Source: Legionella sp. (GTDB lineage: Bacteria > Pseudomonadota > Gammaproteobacteria > Legionellales > Legionellaceae). From it: a stretch of DNA of 64,000 nt. The DNA is taken from the NCBI GenBank assembly GCA_013697625.1, contig JACCWN010000133.1, positions 32,442 to 96,441 of the forward strand, given 5' to 3'. Below, in pieces: positions 22,653 to 32,634 of this stretch. Position numbers and translations under genes: made by a program. How positions within the stretch are numbered: the first letter of the stretch is position 1; every line of letters starts with the position of its first letter. The notes under the pieces are model-generated. The model was not told the DNA's origin. It searched no databases and saw only the letters and a program-made list of their open reading frames with translations.

Positions 22653-22778
22653 TAAGCGGTATATTTCTCCAAGTTCTCCGCTGCTAGCGGGTGCTTCAAG
22701 GATGTTATAACTTGACTAAAGTGATTTTAATTAACTAATCGGCTTTGGTGAATGGATGATTAACTGTGAGGGGATAAG

Positions 22779-23057
22779 ATGAACAAGAGTGAATTAGTTG
22801 ATGCTATAGCAAGCGGTGCTGGATTAACCAAGGCAGACGCAAGCAAAGTTCTCGATACTTTTATGACTACTGTAACAGATGTCTTAAAGAGTGGTGGTCA
22901 ACTTGTAATACCTGGGTTTGGTACCTTCTTAACAGGTAATCGTTCCGCTCGTACTGGTAGAAATCCACAAACTGGTAAAGCAATACAAATTGCAGCTTCA
23001 AGAGTAGCGAAGTTTAAAGCAGGTAAAAATTTAAAAGAAGCAGTTCAAGAATCATAA
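22779..23057 (+). CDS. hupB: DNA-binding protein HU-beta
   Basis: MNKSELVDAIA...GFGTF...RSARTGRNPQTGKAIQIAASRVAKFKAGKNLK, 92 aa, in the conserved position after lon. Confidence 0.93.
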   Translation: MNKSELVDAIASGAGLTKADASKVLDTFMTTVTDVLKSGGQLVIPGFGTFLTGNRSARTGRNPQTGKAIQIAASRVAKFKAGKNLKEAVQES

Positions 23058-23064
23058 GTTTTTC

Positions 23065-23140
23065 GGGTGCTTAGCTCAGCTGGGAGAGCATCGCCCTTAC
23101 AAGGCGAGGGTCGTAGGTTCGATCCCTACAGCACCCACCA
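23065..23140 (+). tRNA. tRNA-Val (anticodon UAC)
   Basis: Acceptor gggtgct/agcaccc, anticodon stem tcgcc/ggcga, loop cttacaa, T-loop ggttcgatcc, encoded CCA. Confidence 0.9.
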
Positions 23141-23146
23141 TGAATA

Positions 23147-23223
23147 GGAGTGGTAGTTCAGTTGGTTAGAATACCGGCCTGTCACGCCGGGGGTCGCGGG
23201 TTCGAGCCCCGTCCACTCCGCCA
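23147..23223 (+). tRNA. tRNA-Asp (anticodon GUC)
   Basis: Acceptor ggagtgg/ccactcc, anticodon stem ccggc/gccgg, loop ctgtcac, T-loop ggttcgagcc, encoded CCA. Confidence 0.9.
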
Positions 23224-23230
23224 GATTAAC

Positions 23231-23252
23231 GCGCCGAAAGGCGCGTTTTTTT
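23231..23252 (+). terminator. rho-independent terminator after tRNA-Asp
   Basis: gcgcc-gaaa-ggcgc GC-rich hairpin followed by a run of 7 T. Confidence 0.8.
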
Positions 23253-23499
23253 ATCAATATAGGGTAATCTGAAGCTAGACAAGGGATTGTGTTTTAAGGT
23301 CAAACAATTTCCAATTTTATAATAGTCATGCCTTTACTGGCCTTGACATTATAAAATAGGCTAAATAGGCATAGAAGAAATGGTTTCGGGGTGGTTTTTA
23401 ATCTAAACATCTATGAAATTTTTTCAGGTATCTCACAAGAGCTTCTTTTTACATCGGAGTATCTTCTTCAGATATAACTAATATCGAAATGGATCAGAT

Positions 23500-25389
23500 A
23501 TGTTACAAAAGTTGAATGAACGTATACAAGGCATTGTTGCTTGGATAATCATAATCCTAATCGCGATTACATTTACATTGTTTGGTGTTGACTATTATAT
23601 GCAATCTCACCAGACCTCCGATGCCATAGCTACAGTGAATAAGCAACCAATAAGTAATCAGGCATATGAAACCAGTTATCGACGTTCCCGGTCCAGACTA
23701 AATTCAGCAACCACCTCTGTAGCTGATGATAAACAATTGCAAAAGCAAGTTTTAGATGAATTAATCAGAAATGAAGTAACAGTACAAGCTGCAAAAGATT
23801 ATGGCTTTGAAGTAACGCAAAACCAGGCCACGTCCGCTATCCTTAGCATTCCTCAATTTCAAGAAGACGGACATTTTTCAACACAAAGATACGAACAAGC
23901 CTTAAACGCTGCATTATTTACCGAGGCTTCATTTCAAAACGAAGTTAGACAAGGCATGCTTCTAAACCAGCAACGCTTTGCTTTTATAGGAAGTTCTTTT
24001 GCACTGGCGTCTGAAATTGAACGATTTGTCAAGTTATATATGCAAAAAAGGGACTATGATTATTTAACTATTAGTCCATCTAAATTTTCTAAACAAGTAA
24101 CTATTTCTCCTGAGGCTATACAATCTTATTACAAAGCGCATCAAAAGAATTTCTTTACACTAGAACAGGTAAGCTTAGAGTATGTTACCTTGTCCATGTC
24201 CGACATAAAAAATAAAATAAAAATTTCTGAAGATGAGATTAATCGTTATTATGAGGACAATAAACAAAATTTTCTAACTCCTGCACAATGGAAAGTATCT
24301 CATATCTTGTTTGCAATACCAGAAACCGCATTGGAATCTGATATTCAAAAGATTCAACTGAAAGCTCAAGATGCTTCCAATAAATTAAAACAAAATCCTA
24401 AGCTGTTTAAAGAATTAGTAACTTCACTTTCTGATGATAAGGTATCAATCGCTCTTTCTGGAGATTTACCTTGGATCTCTGGAGGCCAGAAAGAATATGA
24501 TGGTATATTATCCAAGTTAACCAATCCAGGTGAAATTACTACCCCCATAAGGACTAAAAATGGTTTAGAAATTTTTCAATTAGTAGATTATAAGCCCATA
24601 TCAATCAAATCGCTAATCGAAGTTGCACCAACCATCAAGGATCAGTTAGTATCGGAAATGGCCCAAAAAAAATATAATAAAGCTTTAGAACAATTGTCGG
24701 ATTTAAGTTATCAATCCCCGGATTCCCTTGTTCCAGTTTCTGATGCTTTAAATTTAAAAATACAAAAAACAGAACCATTTTCCCGCAAGGGGGGCTCCAC
24801 GGATTTGACTAAAGTAAAACAAATCATCAATGCTGCATTTAATCATGAGGTTCTTAATTTGAATAATAATAGCGAACCCATTCAAATAAATAATGATGCC
24901 CTTGTAGTCATTCGCTTAAGCAAACACTATCCTTCTAAACAACAATCACTAGCTGAAGTGCAAGAGCAAATTGAAAAAAGATTAGTACAAGAAAAAAGTG
25001 AAGCTTTGGCTAAAGAGTTAGGGTCTAAATTTTTGAATCCACTTGAAGATAAAAATCAATCTGAAATTATGAATACTTATCAACTGCAATGGCATACTGT
25101 AGTTCGTGCTACCAGGGATAATGATAAGAATAATTCCCAACTCAATGAATTAGCCTTTACTTTATTGAAACCAGGCAGTCGAGAAGGCACCCGCTTAACA
25201 AATGGGGACTATGCAGTTTTATTGTTAAAACAAATAAATAATGGCCGGTTAGACAGCTTAGATAAAGAACAAAGAGACAGTTTAACTCAACAAATAGAAA
25301 CCAGTTATGGCGTGATGGACTATGACTTATATGTTAATAGTTTGATGAACAGATCTAAAATAGTAAAGAAACATGTTAATGTAACCTAG
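23500..25389 (+). CDS. ppiD: periplasmic chaperone / peptidyl-prolyl isomerase PpiD
   Basis: 629 aa with an N-terminal TM anchor (GIVAWIIIILIAITFTLFGV) and a central parvulin-like block (KVSHILFA...). In the conserved position after hupB. Confidence 0.88.
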   Translation: MLQKLNERIQGIVAWIIIILIAITFTLFGVDYYMQSHQTSDAIATVNKQPISNQAYETSYRRSRSRLNSATTSVADDKQLQKQVLDELIRNEVTVQAAKDYGFEVTQNQATSAILSIPQFQEDGHFSTQRYEQALNAALFTEASFQNEVRQGMLLNQQRFAFIGSSFALASEIERFVKLYMQKRDYDYLTISPSKFSKQVTISPEAIQSYYKAHQKNFFTLEQVSLEYVTLSMSDIKNKIKISEDEINRYYEDNKQNFLTPAQWKVSHILFAIPETALESDIQKIQLKAQDASNKLKQNPKLFKELVTSLSDDKVSIALSGDLPWISGGQKEYDGILSKLTNPGEITTPIRTKNGLEIFQLVDYKPISIKSLIEVAPTIKDQLVSEMAQKKYNKALEQLSDLSYQSPDSLVPVSDALNLKIQKTEPFSRKGGSTDLTKVKQIINAAFNHEVLNLNNNSEPIQINNDALVVIRLSKHYPSKQQSLAEVQEQIEKRLVQEKSEALAKELGSKFLNPLEDKNQSEIMNTYQLQWHTVVRATRDNDKNNSQLNELAFTLLKPGSREGTRLTNGDYAVLLLKQINNGRLDSLDKEQRDSLTQQIETSYGVMDYDLYVNSLMNRSKIVKKHVNVT

Positions 25390-25438
25390 GGCAATTTTGT
25401 TCAATCCTTATCATACGTAAAAAATATAAGATATTATT

Positions 25439-26074
25439 ATGAAAAAAGAAGTTATTATTATTGGTATTTCTGGCCCATCTGCATCAGGTAAAAGCCTCTT
25501 AGCAAATACCATTGTAAATGAATTAGGTTCAGAACAAGTCGTAGTAATCTCTGAAGATTCTTACTATAAAGACAATGGTCATTTGCCTTTTGCCGAAAGA
25601 GAAAAGATTAACTATGACCATCCAGAATCCTTTGATCACGAGCTGTTATGTGAACATTTAAAGCTTTTGAGGCTGGGAAATTCTATTAATATTCCTATCT
25701 ATTCACACTCAAAACATCAGCGCCTAACTGACACAAGAACAATAGGTCAGCATGCAATTATTATACTTGAGGGCATTTTATTGTTTAGTGATAAATCCTT
25801 AAGAGAGATAATGGATATTAGAATTTTTATGTCTACCCCTTTGGATGTTTGTTTGATGAGACGTTTAAAAAGAGATGTAGTGGAACGTCACCGTTCATTT
25901 GAGTCTGTGGTTCATCAATATGAAACGACTGTACGACCTATGTATTTACAATTTATAGAACCTTCCAGTCGTTATGCCGATGTCATTGTGCCTAGAGGTG
26001 GAGAAAATAGAATTGCTATTGAAATGATCCAAGCCAAAATGCGTGAATTATTAGCAACACATACAAGCCTATAG
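25439..26074 (+). CDS. udk: uridine kinase
   Basis: P-loop IIGISGPSASGKSLLA, NYDHPESFDHELL and ILEGILLF blocks, 211 aa. Confidence 0.92.
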   Translation: MKKEVIIIGISGPSASGKSLLANTIVNELGSEQVVVISEDSYYKDNGHLPFAEREKINYDHPESFDHELLCEHLKLLRLGNSINIPIYSHSKHQRLTDTRTIGQHAIIILEGILLFSDKSLREIMDIRIFMSTPLDVCLMRRLKRDVVERHRSFESVVHQYETTVRPMYLQFIEPSSRYADVIVPRGGENRIAIEMIQAKMRELLATHTSL

Positions 26075-26092
26075 GTTTAAAAGGAGAATTCT

Positions 26093-26875
26093 GTGAGTTT
26101 TTTAAAAGGAAAGAAGGCGCTAATTCTGGGATTAGCAAGCAATCGGTCAATTGCATATGGTATTGCAAAAGCACTTCATCACCAAGGTGCAGAGTTGGCA
26201 TTCACTTATCAAAGTGAGAAATTACAATCTCGGGTCGAAACCATGGCTACTGAGCTTGATTCAAATTTAACTTTTCCATGTGATGTTGCAAAAGATGAGG
26301 ACATCAACAATTTATTTAACAATTTAAAAAATCATTGGACGCAATTTGATATTTTAATACATTCTGTAGCTTTTGCGCCCTCTGACCAGATCAGTGGTGA
26401 TTTTATAGAGTGCTCAAACCGTGAAGGTTTTCGCATTGCCCATGATATCAGTGCTTACAGTTTGGTCGGATTAGCGCAAGCAGCATTACCAATGATGGAA
26501 GGGACTCAGGGTGCCATATTAACCCTTAGTTATTATGGCGCAGAGAAAGCCGTGCCAAATTATAATGTCATGGGTATTGCAAAAGCCAGTTTGGAAGCTG
26601 CCGTACGTTATCTTGCTGCCAGTTTAGGACCTAGAGGTTTACGTGTGAATGCAATATCTGCAGGGCCAATTAAAACTTTAGCAGCAGCAGGAATCAAAGA
26701 TTTTAGAAAAGTTCAATCTGCTTATGCATCTATTACACCATTGAAGAGAAATATCACTGCTGATGAGGTAGGAAATGCTGCGGCTTTTTTATGTTCTGAT
26801 TTAGCTTCTGGTATAACCGGTGAAATAGTACACGTAGATGCTGGCTATCATGCAGTTTCAACTATAAGCGAATAA
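26093..26875 (+). CDS. fabI: enoyl-[acyl-carrier-protein] reductase (NADH), FabI
   Basis: [38 protein letters not shown] (Tyr/Lys catalytic pair region) and [14 protein letters not shown] start. Confidence 0.93.
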   Translation: MSFLKGKKALILGLASNRSIAYGIAKALHHQGAELAFTYQSEKLQSRVETMATELDSNLTFPCDVAKDEDINNLFNNLKNHWTQFDILIHSVAFAPSDQISGDFIECSNREGFRIAHDISAYSLVGLAQAALPMMEGTQGAILTLSYYGAEKAVPNYNVMGIAKASLEAAVRYLAASLGPRGLRVNAISAGPIKTLAAAGIKDFRKVQSAYASITPLKRNITADEVGNAAAFLCSDLASGITGEIVHVDAGYHAVSTISE

Positions 26876-27432
26876 TTTTTTACCTGGTTGTTTCATTGCA
26901 AAGTTACTGATGATTTCGTGAATCCTTTTATTTAAATGATCTTACGCCTTTCTCAAATTGAAAGATTACTTATGGTTGCTTTATCTATAGAACCAATTCA
27001 TGGATTACATTCTTTCTACAAAAAAATCCAATTTCAGCTATTATTCAAGTGGGTTTTTTTTATTTCTAATCAGTAAGTGATGTTGCCCCTTTAAAAAAAC
27101 CAACCATTGAATACTAGTAAGCCTGGCGTTCAAGGAATACTTGTATCAAGTTGTAATTATCCTAAGCAGTATCATGGGAGAGAGTTAGGTACTAGGACAG
27201 TATTGGGAAACCAAAAAACAAGATAGAGTGTGAGCCTTTCATAACTCGCTATGACGCAGGATTGCAGGCTTATTAACGATTTTGCAAGCGGGTTCTAAAG
27301 CAGAGATTTTTGCATGAACACGAAAAGTTAGAATTTCCACCGCACAAGCTAGTTAATATGTTTTTAAATAAAGGACACGGACATAAATAGAACTAATTTG
27401 TGCACTTAACAATTCTAGGGATTATATATTAT

Positions 27433-28218
27433 ATGAGATCACTTATCCAGTTCATTGTTTTCTATATCCTTTTGTTTATTTCTGTAAATGTTTCAGCCTA
27501 TGAAACACAATTTAATTTAGACTGTATGAATAACTCTGTAATTTACTCCACTTTGGGTCAAAGAAACATAAATATTGCTATTTCGGCTTGCTCCAACGAG
27601 TTAATACAGAAGTTAAAACCAATAAACTCTCCACAATTAATAACTAAGGATGCAATAAAACTTATCCTTGCAATGGTTATCTCGCACAATACTGCGCCTT
27701 ATGGTTCTACGACCTCAAAATCAATTGAATATGAAGAATTGATAAAACATGACAAGTTACATTGCGGTACTTACGCAATTTTAATGGCCTATTTAGTTCC
27801 TGATATGAAAATTCATATCATCGGTTTTGATGGGGGGGCTGTGGGAAATCATGCTCAAATAATATATAAAGATTCATCCATAGCCTTGTTGTTAGATCCA
27901 ACAGTCTCGACAATAGCTGAGGTTACTTATGACTCCTTGTTACAAGGTGTAAAGGCTAAAAATGTTATCACAATAAATCCTAATCCCAACAATATTCCAG
28001 AAATCAGAGATGATTTCACAAATAAAGTTGTGTCTGCTTTGCGAGACGGGAAGTACAAATCTAGTAGTATACTCTATTATTATGAAAGTCTTAACCACAT
28101 GCTAGGTAAAGGCCCAAAGGATCCTTACATTACACCCGGCGGTATAAGCTGGGGTAGTAGAAGACCTATAGACTCAAACAATTTTCCCGCCCATTTTGAG
28201 GACCTATATCATTTATAA
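27433..28218 (+). CDS. secreted hypothetical protein with transglutaminase/papain-like Cys-His-Asp arrangement
   Basis: Signal-peptide-like MRSLIQFIVFYILLFISVNVSA/YE. HCGTYAILMAY, then 28 residues, GNHAQIIY, then 14 residues, LLLDPT. The ORF is open from 27400; ATG 27433 was chosen. Confidence 0.6.
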   Translation: MRSLIQFIVFYILLFISVNVSAYETQFNLDCMNNSVIYSTLGQRNINIAISACSNELIQKLKPINSPQLITKDAIKLILAMVISHNTAPYGSTTSKSIEYEELIKHDKLHCGTYAILMAYLVPDMKIHIIGFDGGAVGNHAQIIYKDSSIALLLDPTVSTIAEVTYDSLLQGVKAKNVITINPNPNNIPEIRDDFTNKVVSALRDGKYKSSSILYYYESLNHMLGKGPKDPYITPGGISWGSRRPIDSNNFPAHFEDLYHL

Positions 28219-28298
28219 CTTTATGACAAGGCAGGGATAATAACTGACAGAAGAGGGTAGGCCTTAGTAAGCTCTCGATAAGAAACCCTCATCCCCAA

Positions 28299-28326
28299 CC
28301 CTTCTCCCTTAGGAAAGGGAGAAGGG
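28299..28326. repeat. perfect 12-bp hairpin between convergent genes
   Basis: cccttctccctt (28299-28310), agga loop, aagggagaaggg (28315-28326). No adjacent T-run. Confidence 0.55.
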
Positions 28327-28652
28327 AGCTGCTCCGTACCTCAATTTAACACCTGTGCTCAAACAAAATTCTATTTATATGGGACATCCCTGGTATTAAG
28401 ATAGATTTATTAGACAGCACAGACAAAAAGTGATAAACAGGCACCTACTTAGACAAACGTAATTTTAGAAATCTTAAGAAGAAATCTGATTATGTTAATA
28501 AATATCTGTAAATTTTGAAGTTAAAAATTAGATGCAATTAGTCTTGTTACAGAATATGGTTGGAGCCAGACAGAAGCTTGAAAAAGCCTAGGAATTGACC
28601 AAATATAGATCGGTCGATGGATTAAGGAGCAATATTCAAAGGTGTAAGCACA

Positions 28653-30137
28653 CTAATTTTGCGAGGTGACCCTTAAAATTTCAGCTAGAGAAGTATCCCC
28701 AATGAGTACTCTTTTAAAGCCATCCTCACGAATACTAGGGGTAGTTGGTCTAAGATAAGTTTCCATGCTTTGCATTGTTTCTTGTCTGTGTATCATTCCT
28801 TTCAAAGTTTCATCGATTCGAATGAGCTCATAAATCCCAGTTCTACCGCGATACCCTAGGTTATTGCATAATTCACAACCTTTGGGTTCGTATACCAATG
28901 ATAAATCGGTGTCAGGTTTGAGTCCCATTAATTCCTTTTCATCGTCCCTAAGTTCATGTGGAACTTTGCAATCTGTACACAATCTTCTAACTAAACGTTG
29001 CGCTATCAGTCCAACAATACTTGATGAAAGTAAAAAAGATTCAACACCCATGTCTCTAAGACGTGTCAGTGCACCCAAGGCGCTATTGGTATGTAATGTA
29101 GATAAAACCAAATGACCGGTGAGACTGGCTTGAACTGCAATTTCAGCCGTCTCAAGATCTCGAATTTCTCCAATCATGACTATGTCAGGATCTTGTCTTA
29201 AAATGGCTCTTAATCCTTTGGCAAAGGTCATATCCACTTTAGTATTAACTTGCGTTTGTCCAATACCAATTAAATCATATTCAATGGGATCCTCAATGGT
29301 CAATATATTTCTTGTGACTTGGTTGAGCTCTGTTATCATGGCATATAGCGAGGTAGTTTTACCTGAGCCTGTAGGACCTGTAATTAATATGATTCCGTGA
29401 GGCTCTGCAATCATACGCCGCATACTGTCTAAGGTCCATTGTGGCATACCTAAAAGATTCAGATCTAATTGCGCTGCTTCTTTGTCTAAAATTCTTAAAA
29501 CCACACGTTCACCATAATTGGATGGTAAAGTTGAGACTCGTACATCTATATTATGGCCACCAATACGTAGAGAAATGCGTCCATCTTGAGGAATTCGTTT
29601 TTCAGCTATATCCAATTTCGCCATTACTTTGACCCGAGATATAACCAAAGGGGCAATGACACGCTGAATCTCCAGTACTTCATGCAATACCCCATCTACT
29701 CTAGTGCGGACCAAAACTCTATCTTCGTAAGTTTCAATATGAATATCCGAAGCTTTTTGTTTTATTGCTTGGGTAAATAAGGCATTGATCAGACGTATAA
29801 TTGGTGCATCGTCTTGGTTGGCTAATAAATCTTCACTTATGGGCAGTTGGCTGGCTAATAAGGTTAAATCTATGTCATCACCCATGCCTTCGGCGGCTTC
29901 TAAAATGGATGATTTTGATTGATAAATATTTGCAAGATGTTGTTGAAAAACAGTTTCAGTTACAGGTAAGACATTTAAGTTACATTGCAACAAACGTTTG
30001 ACTTCTGCAAAAGCTTGTAAGGAAGTATTAGGTAAATGGTAGACCAATGCTGTGTTATTTTTTATATCACCGACTATGATGCCATTGGTTTTTGCAAAAT
30101 TATAGGGCAGTCTTATTATTTTATCATCAGATCCCAT
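28653..30137 (-). CDS. gspE: type II secretion system ATPase GspE (LspE)
   Basis: Walker [10 protein letters not shown], Asp box, Walker B ILRQDPDIVMIGEIRD, His box and the tetracysteine CxxC...CxxC motif (CTDCK...CELC). Confidence 0.93.
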   Translation of the reverse strand: MGSDDKIIRLPYNFAKTNGIIVGDIKNNTALVYHLPNTSLQAFAEVKRLLQCNLNVLPVTETVFQQHLANIYQSKSSILEAAEGMGDDIDLTLLASQLPISEDLLANQDDAPIIRLINALFTQAIKQKASDIHIETYEDRVLVRTRVDGVLHEVLEIQRVIAPLVISRVKVMAKLDIAEKRIPQDGRISLRIGGHNIDVRVSTLPSNYGERVVLRILDKEAAQLDLNLLGMPQWTLDSMRRMIAEPHGIILITGPTGSGKTTSLYAMITELNQVTRNILTIEDPIEYDLIGIGQTQVNTKVDMTFAKGLRAILRQDPDIVMIGEIRDLETAEIAVQASLTGHLVLSTLHTNSALGALTRLRDMGVESFLLSSSIVGLIAQRLVRRLCTDCKVPHELRDDEKELMGLKPDTDLSLVYEPKGCELCNNLGYRGRTGIYELIRIDETLKGMIHRQETMQSMETYLRPTTPSIREDGFKRVLIGDTSLAEILRVTSQN

Positions 30138-32488
30138 TATTTAGTTGCCTGTAGAGAATTACCGCTAAATGGAATGGGTAAATCGGCAGTAACCAGTGGT
30201 GGTAACACGCTTTCTTGGTCATTCTGATTATAAACTTCTTGAGACCTTACCCATTCTAATTCATATTCACGGGTATTTTCATATTTATCACCACTGACCA
30301 TAACAGTATCATGTTCGGTTCGTAAAATAATAGGCTTTATAAATACCATCAGGACCTTTTTTTCCCTATTACGGATATTATGTTGAAATAATCGACCTAG
30401 TCCAGGTATACCAGCTAAAATGGGCACAGTTACATTGTTGTTGCCAATACCATCTTGGGTTAGGCCACCAAGAACAACGATGTCACCACTTTCAACATTT
30501 ACAGAAGTGACAATACTACTGATTGAAAAGGTAGGTGTGGTGTTGTTATTGATGCTGGAGGGGTCAAGGGTATCATTGCCTTGATCAATTTGCATTTGTA
30601 TGCCACACCCTTTGGTAATTTGCGGTCGAACATATAAATGTAAAGCCACATTGACACGGTCAAAGGTGGTGTAAGGACTAGCCGTTGTTGTGCCTCCTGC
30701 GTTATTGGGATATGAGGTTGATGCAATTGAAACCTGCTTACCTACCAATATTTTAGCTTGACGGTTATCTAGAACTACAACTGATGGGGTGGATAAAATA
30801 TTTGCTTTTTCTTCAGTTGCTAAGGCATAGATCTGAGCTTGAAAATTGGCAAGCCTTGCTTTGGAATTGATAATGGCAAAGCCAGGTCTGAAATTACCAG
30901 GATTTCCCGTTTGTGAATCAGAGCCAAATTCTATACCTAAATCATTTATCTCATCTTGATTGATTTCCGCAACCATAGCCTCTATAAGCAGTTGGGCGGG
31001 TTTTATATCCACCTTGCTGATGACGCTTCTTAATGTGCGAATAATAGCAACTGGAGCATTTAGTATGATTGAGTTGGTATTAGGCTCAGCAATGATTTGT
31101 ATGGTTGGTTTGGTCGACCCTTCATTTTGGGTAGACACGGTACTTGTGTTGGCTGTTGCATCAGTATGTCCGGCAGGAACAACAGGGGCTGGCGCAGCAA
31201 CTGCAGTGCTGGCACCACTTGAAGGCGTTGTACTTGGATAGGTAAGGTTTGAGGCAGGATTGGTGCTATCTAAAATGGGCCTGGTGATAGTACCTATGGT
31301 TGTACCTACGATACCACTGAAATTTGCCTGTGCAATGCCCGCTAAAATAGGAACAAGATCCTCAGCTCTCAAATAGTGTAGATACACTACTTGTGTGGTG
31401 GCATTGGTTCCATCTCTGTTATGCCTATCCAATTTTAACAACAACATACGGATGCGTATTCTATCGGTTCTATTACCGCTGATTAAGATTGAATTGGTTT
31501 TATCATCCGAGGCAATGGTAATTTGTTCTCGATTGGCTTGATTGGGTTGAGCTTTCACTAAATCTTTTAAGGTTGCGGCAACATCCATAGCTAAAGACTG
31601 CCTTAAATGAACGATATCAACCCCACTGGCATCGGAGCTATCAACTTGTTTGATGATACAGGTCAAACGCCTGATGTTGTTTGCTCTGCCTGATAAAATG
31701 ATCATATTTGATGGGGCATAAGCAGAAACGTTGCTCCACTGAGGCATCAAGGGTCTAAGGACTGGAACCAACTGTTCAGCAGGCACGTAACGGACAGGTA
31801 CTACAGAAACCATCATGTCATCCCCGCGCGGTGGATTACGTAATTCATTGATAAGACCTGGAGCTAAACCTTTTGCATCTATGACAGGTATTATTTTTAT
31901 GATCTCTCCAGTGGGAATTGCTGCATAACCATTAACCTGAAGTACAGATAAAAATACCTGGTACAATTCCTGATTGGAAAGTGGGGTTGAGGAAATGATA
32001 GAAATTTTGCCTTGAACTCTGGGGTCTACAGCAAAATTTTTACCAGTGACTCGAGAGACTTCAGCAATCACTGCATGTATATCGGCATTTCTTAAATTCC
32101 ACAGTGTGGTATTTGGAGCAATGTCTTTGTTTAACCTTTGTTCTTTTGGTTGACTGGGATCCAGACTTTGAGTTTTTTGATTTATTGAAAGGGGTCGGGC
32201 TTGAGATAATGTGTCTTTCAATGCTCGGGCAGCAAGATAATCTTTGATAGGTCCAATTTGAATTAGAAAAAGTCTTTTATCAGCAAGTTTTTTTATTTCA
32301 ATTGGTTGCTTGATTAGTTGTGCCAGTTCTTGTTGACGTTTAACAGCTTGTTTTTCAAGTGTAAAAGCACCAGCTTGAAGGTAAAAGATCGTTTTTCCAT
32401 TTTTAGTAGTCGTAGAAATATTAATATCATTTGCTATAGCAAAGGAGGGCAAGAATAAAATTGCACACATCAATACAAATAAACGCAT
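30137..32488 (-). CDS. gspD: type II secretion system secretin GspD (LspD) with extra N-terminal SPOR-like domain
   Basis: Signal peptide, N0 block WNLRNADIHAVIAEVSRVTGKNFAVDPRVQGKISI, and secretin core VVLDNRQAKILVG...VLGGL...PILAGIPGLGRLF. The stop overlaps the gspE ATG as TAATG. Confidence 0.92.
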   Translation of the reverse strand: MRLFVLMCAILFLPSFAIANDINISTTTKNGKTIFYLQAGAFTLEKQAVKRQQELAQLIKQPIEIKKLADKRLFLIQIGPIKDYLAARALKDTLSQARPLSINQKTQSLDPSQPKEQRLNKDIAPNTTLWNLRNADIHAVIAEVSRVTGKNFAVDPRVQGKISIISSTPLSNQELYQVFLSVLQVNGYAAIPTGEIIKIIPVIDAKGLAPGLINELRNPPRGDDMMVSVVPVRYVPAEQLVPVLRPLMPQWSNVSAYAPSNMIILSGRANNIRRLTCIIKQVDSSDASGVDIVHLRQSLAMDVAATLKDLVKAQPNQANREQITIASDDKTNSILISGNRTDRIRIRMLLLKLDRHNRDGTNATTQVVYLHYLRAEDLVPILAGIAQANFSGIVGTTIGTITRPILDSTNPASNLTYPSTTPSSGASTAVAAPAPVVPAGHTDATANTSTVSTQNEGSTKPTIQIIAEPNTNSIILNAPVAIIRTLRSVISKVDIKPAQLLIEAMVAEINQDEINDLGIEFGSDSQTGNPGNFRPGFAIINSKARLANFQAQIYALATEEKANILSTPSVVVLDNRQAKILVGKQVSIASTSYPNNAGGTTTASPYTTFDRVNVALHLYVRPQITKGCGIQMQIDQGNDTLDPSSINNNTTPTFSISSIVTSVNVESGDIVVLGGLTQDGIGNNNVTVPILAGIPGLGRLFQHNIRNREKKVLMVFIKPIILRTEHDTVMVSGDKYENTREYELEWVRSQEVYNQNDQESVLPPLVTADLPIPFSGNSLQATK

Positions 32489-32634
32489 GTAACTACCGAA
32501 AAGTAATGGATAATTACATAATAACCAAATTCACAAAGCTTCCATAGCTTTTTTATTGATACAGGAAAAAAAAATAATTCTAATCTTGTAAGGCCCTGTA
32601 ATTGTGTATTGTATGCTCTAATTATTCACAATCA

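Noticed and set aside
26876-27399. Possible RsmY/RsmZ-type small RNA in the 524-bp fabI-downstream spacer. It has several GGA motifs (caaggaata, ctaggacag, gcaggattgc), some in small hairpin loops, and a ttagaatttcca sequence reminiscent of a LetA box.
   Set aside because: The stems are only 3-5 bp. There is no convincing terminator. The LetA-like sequence is downstream rather than upstream of the GGA motifs and misses consensus positions. This cannot be supported without RNA-seq or a covariance-model search.
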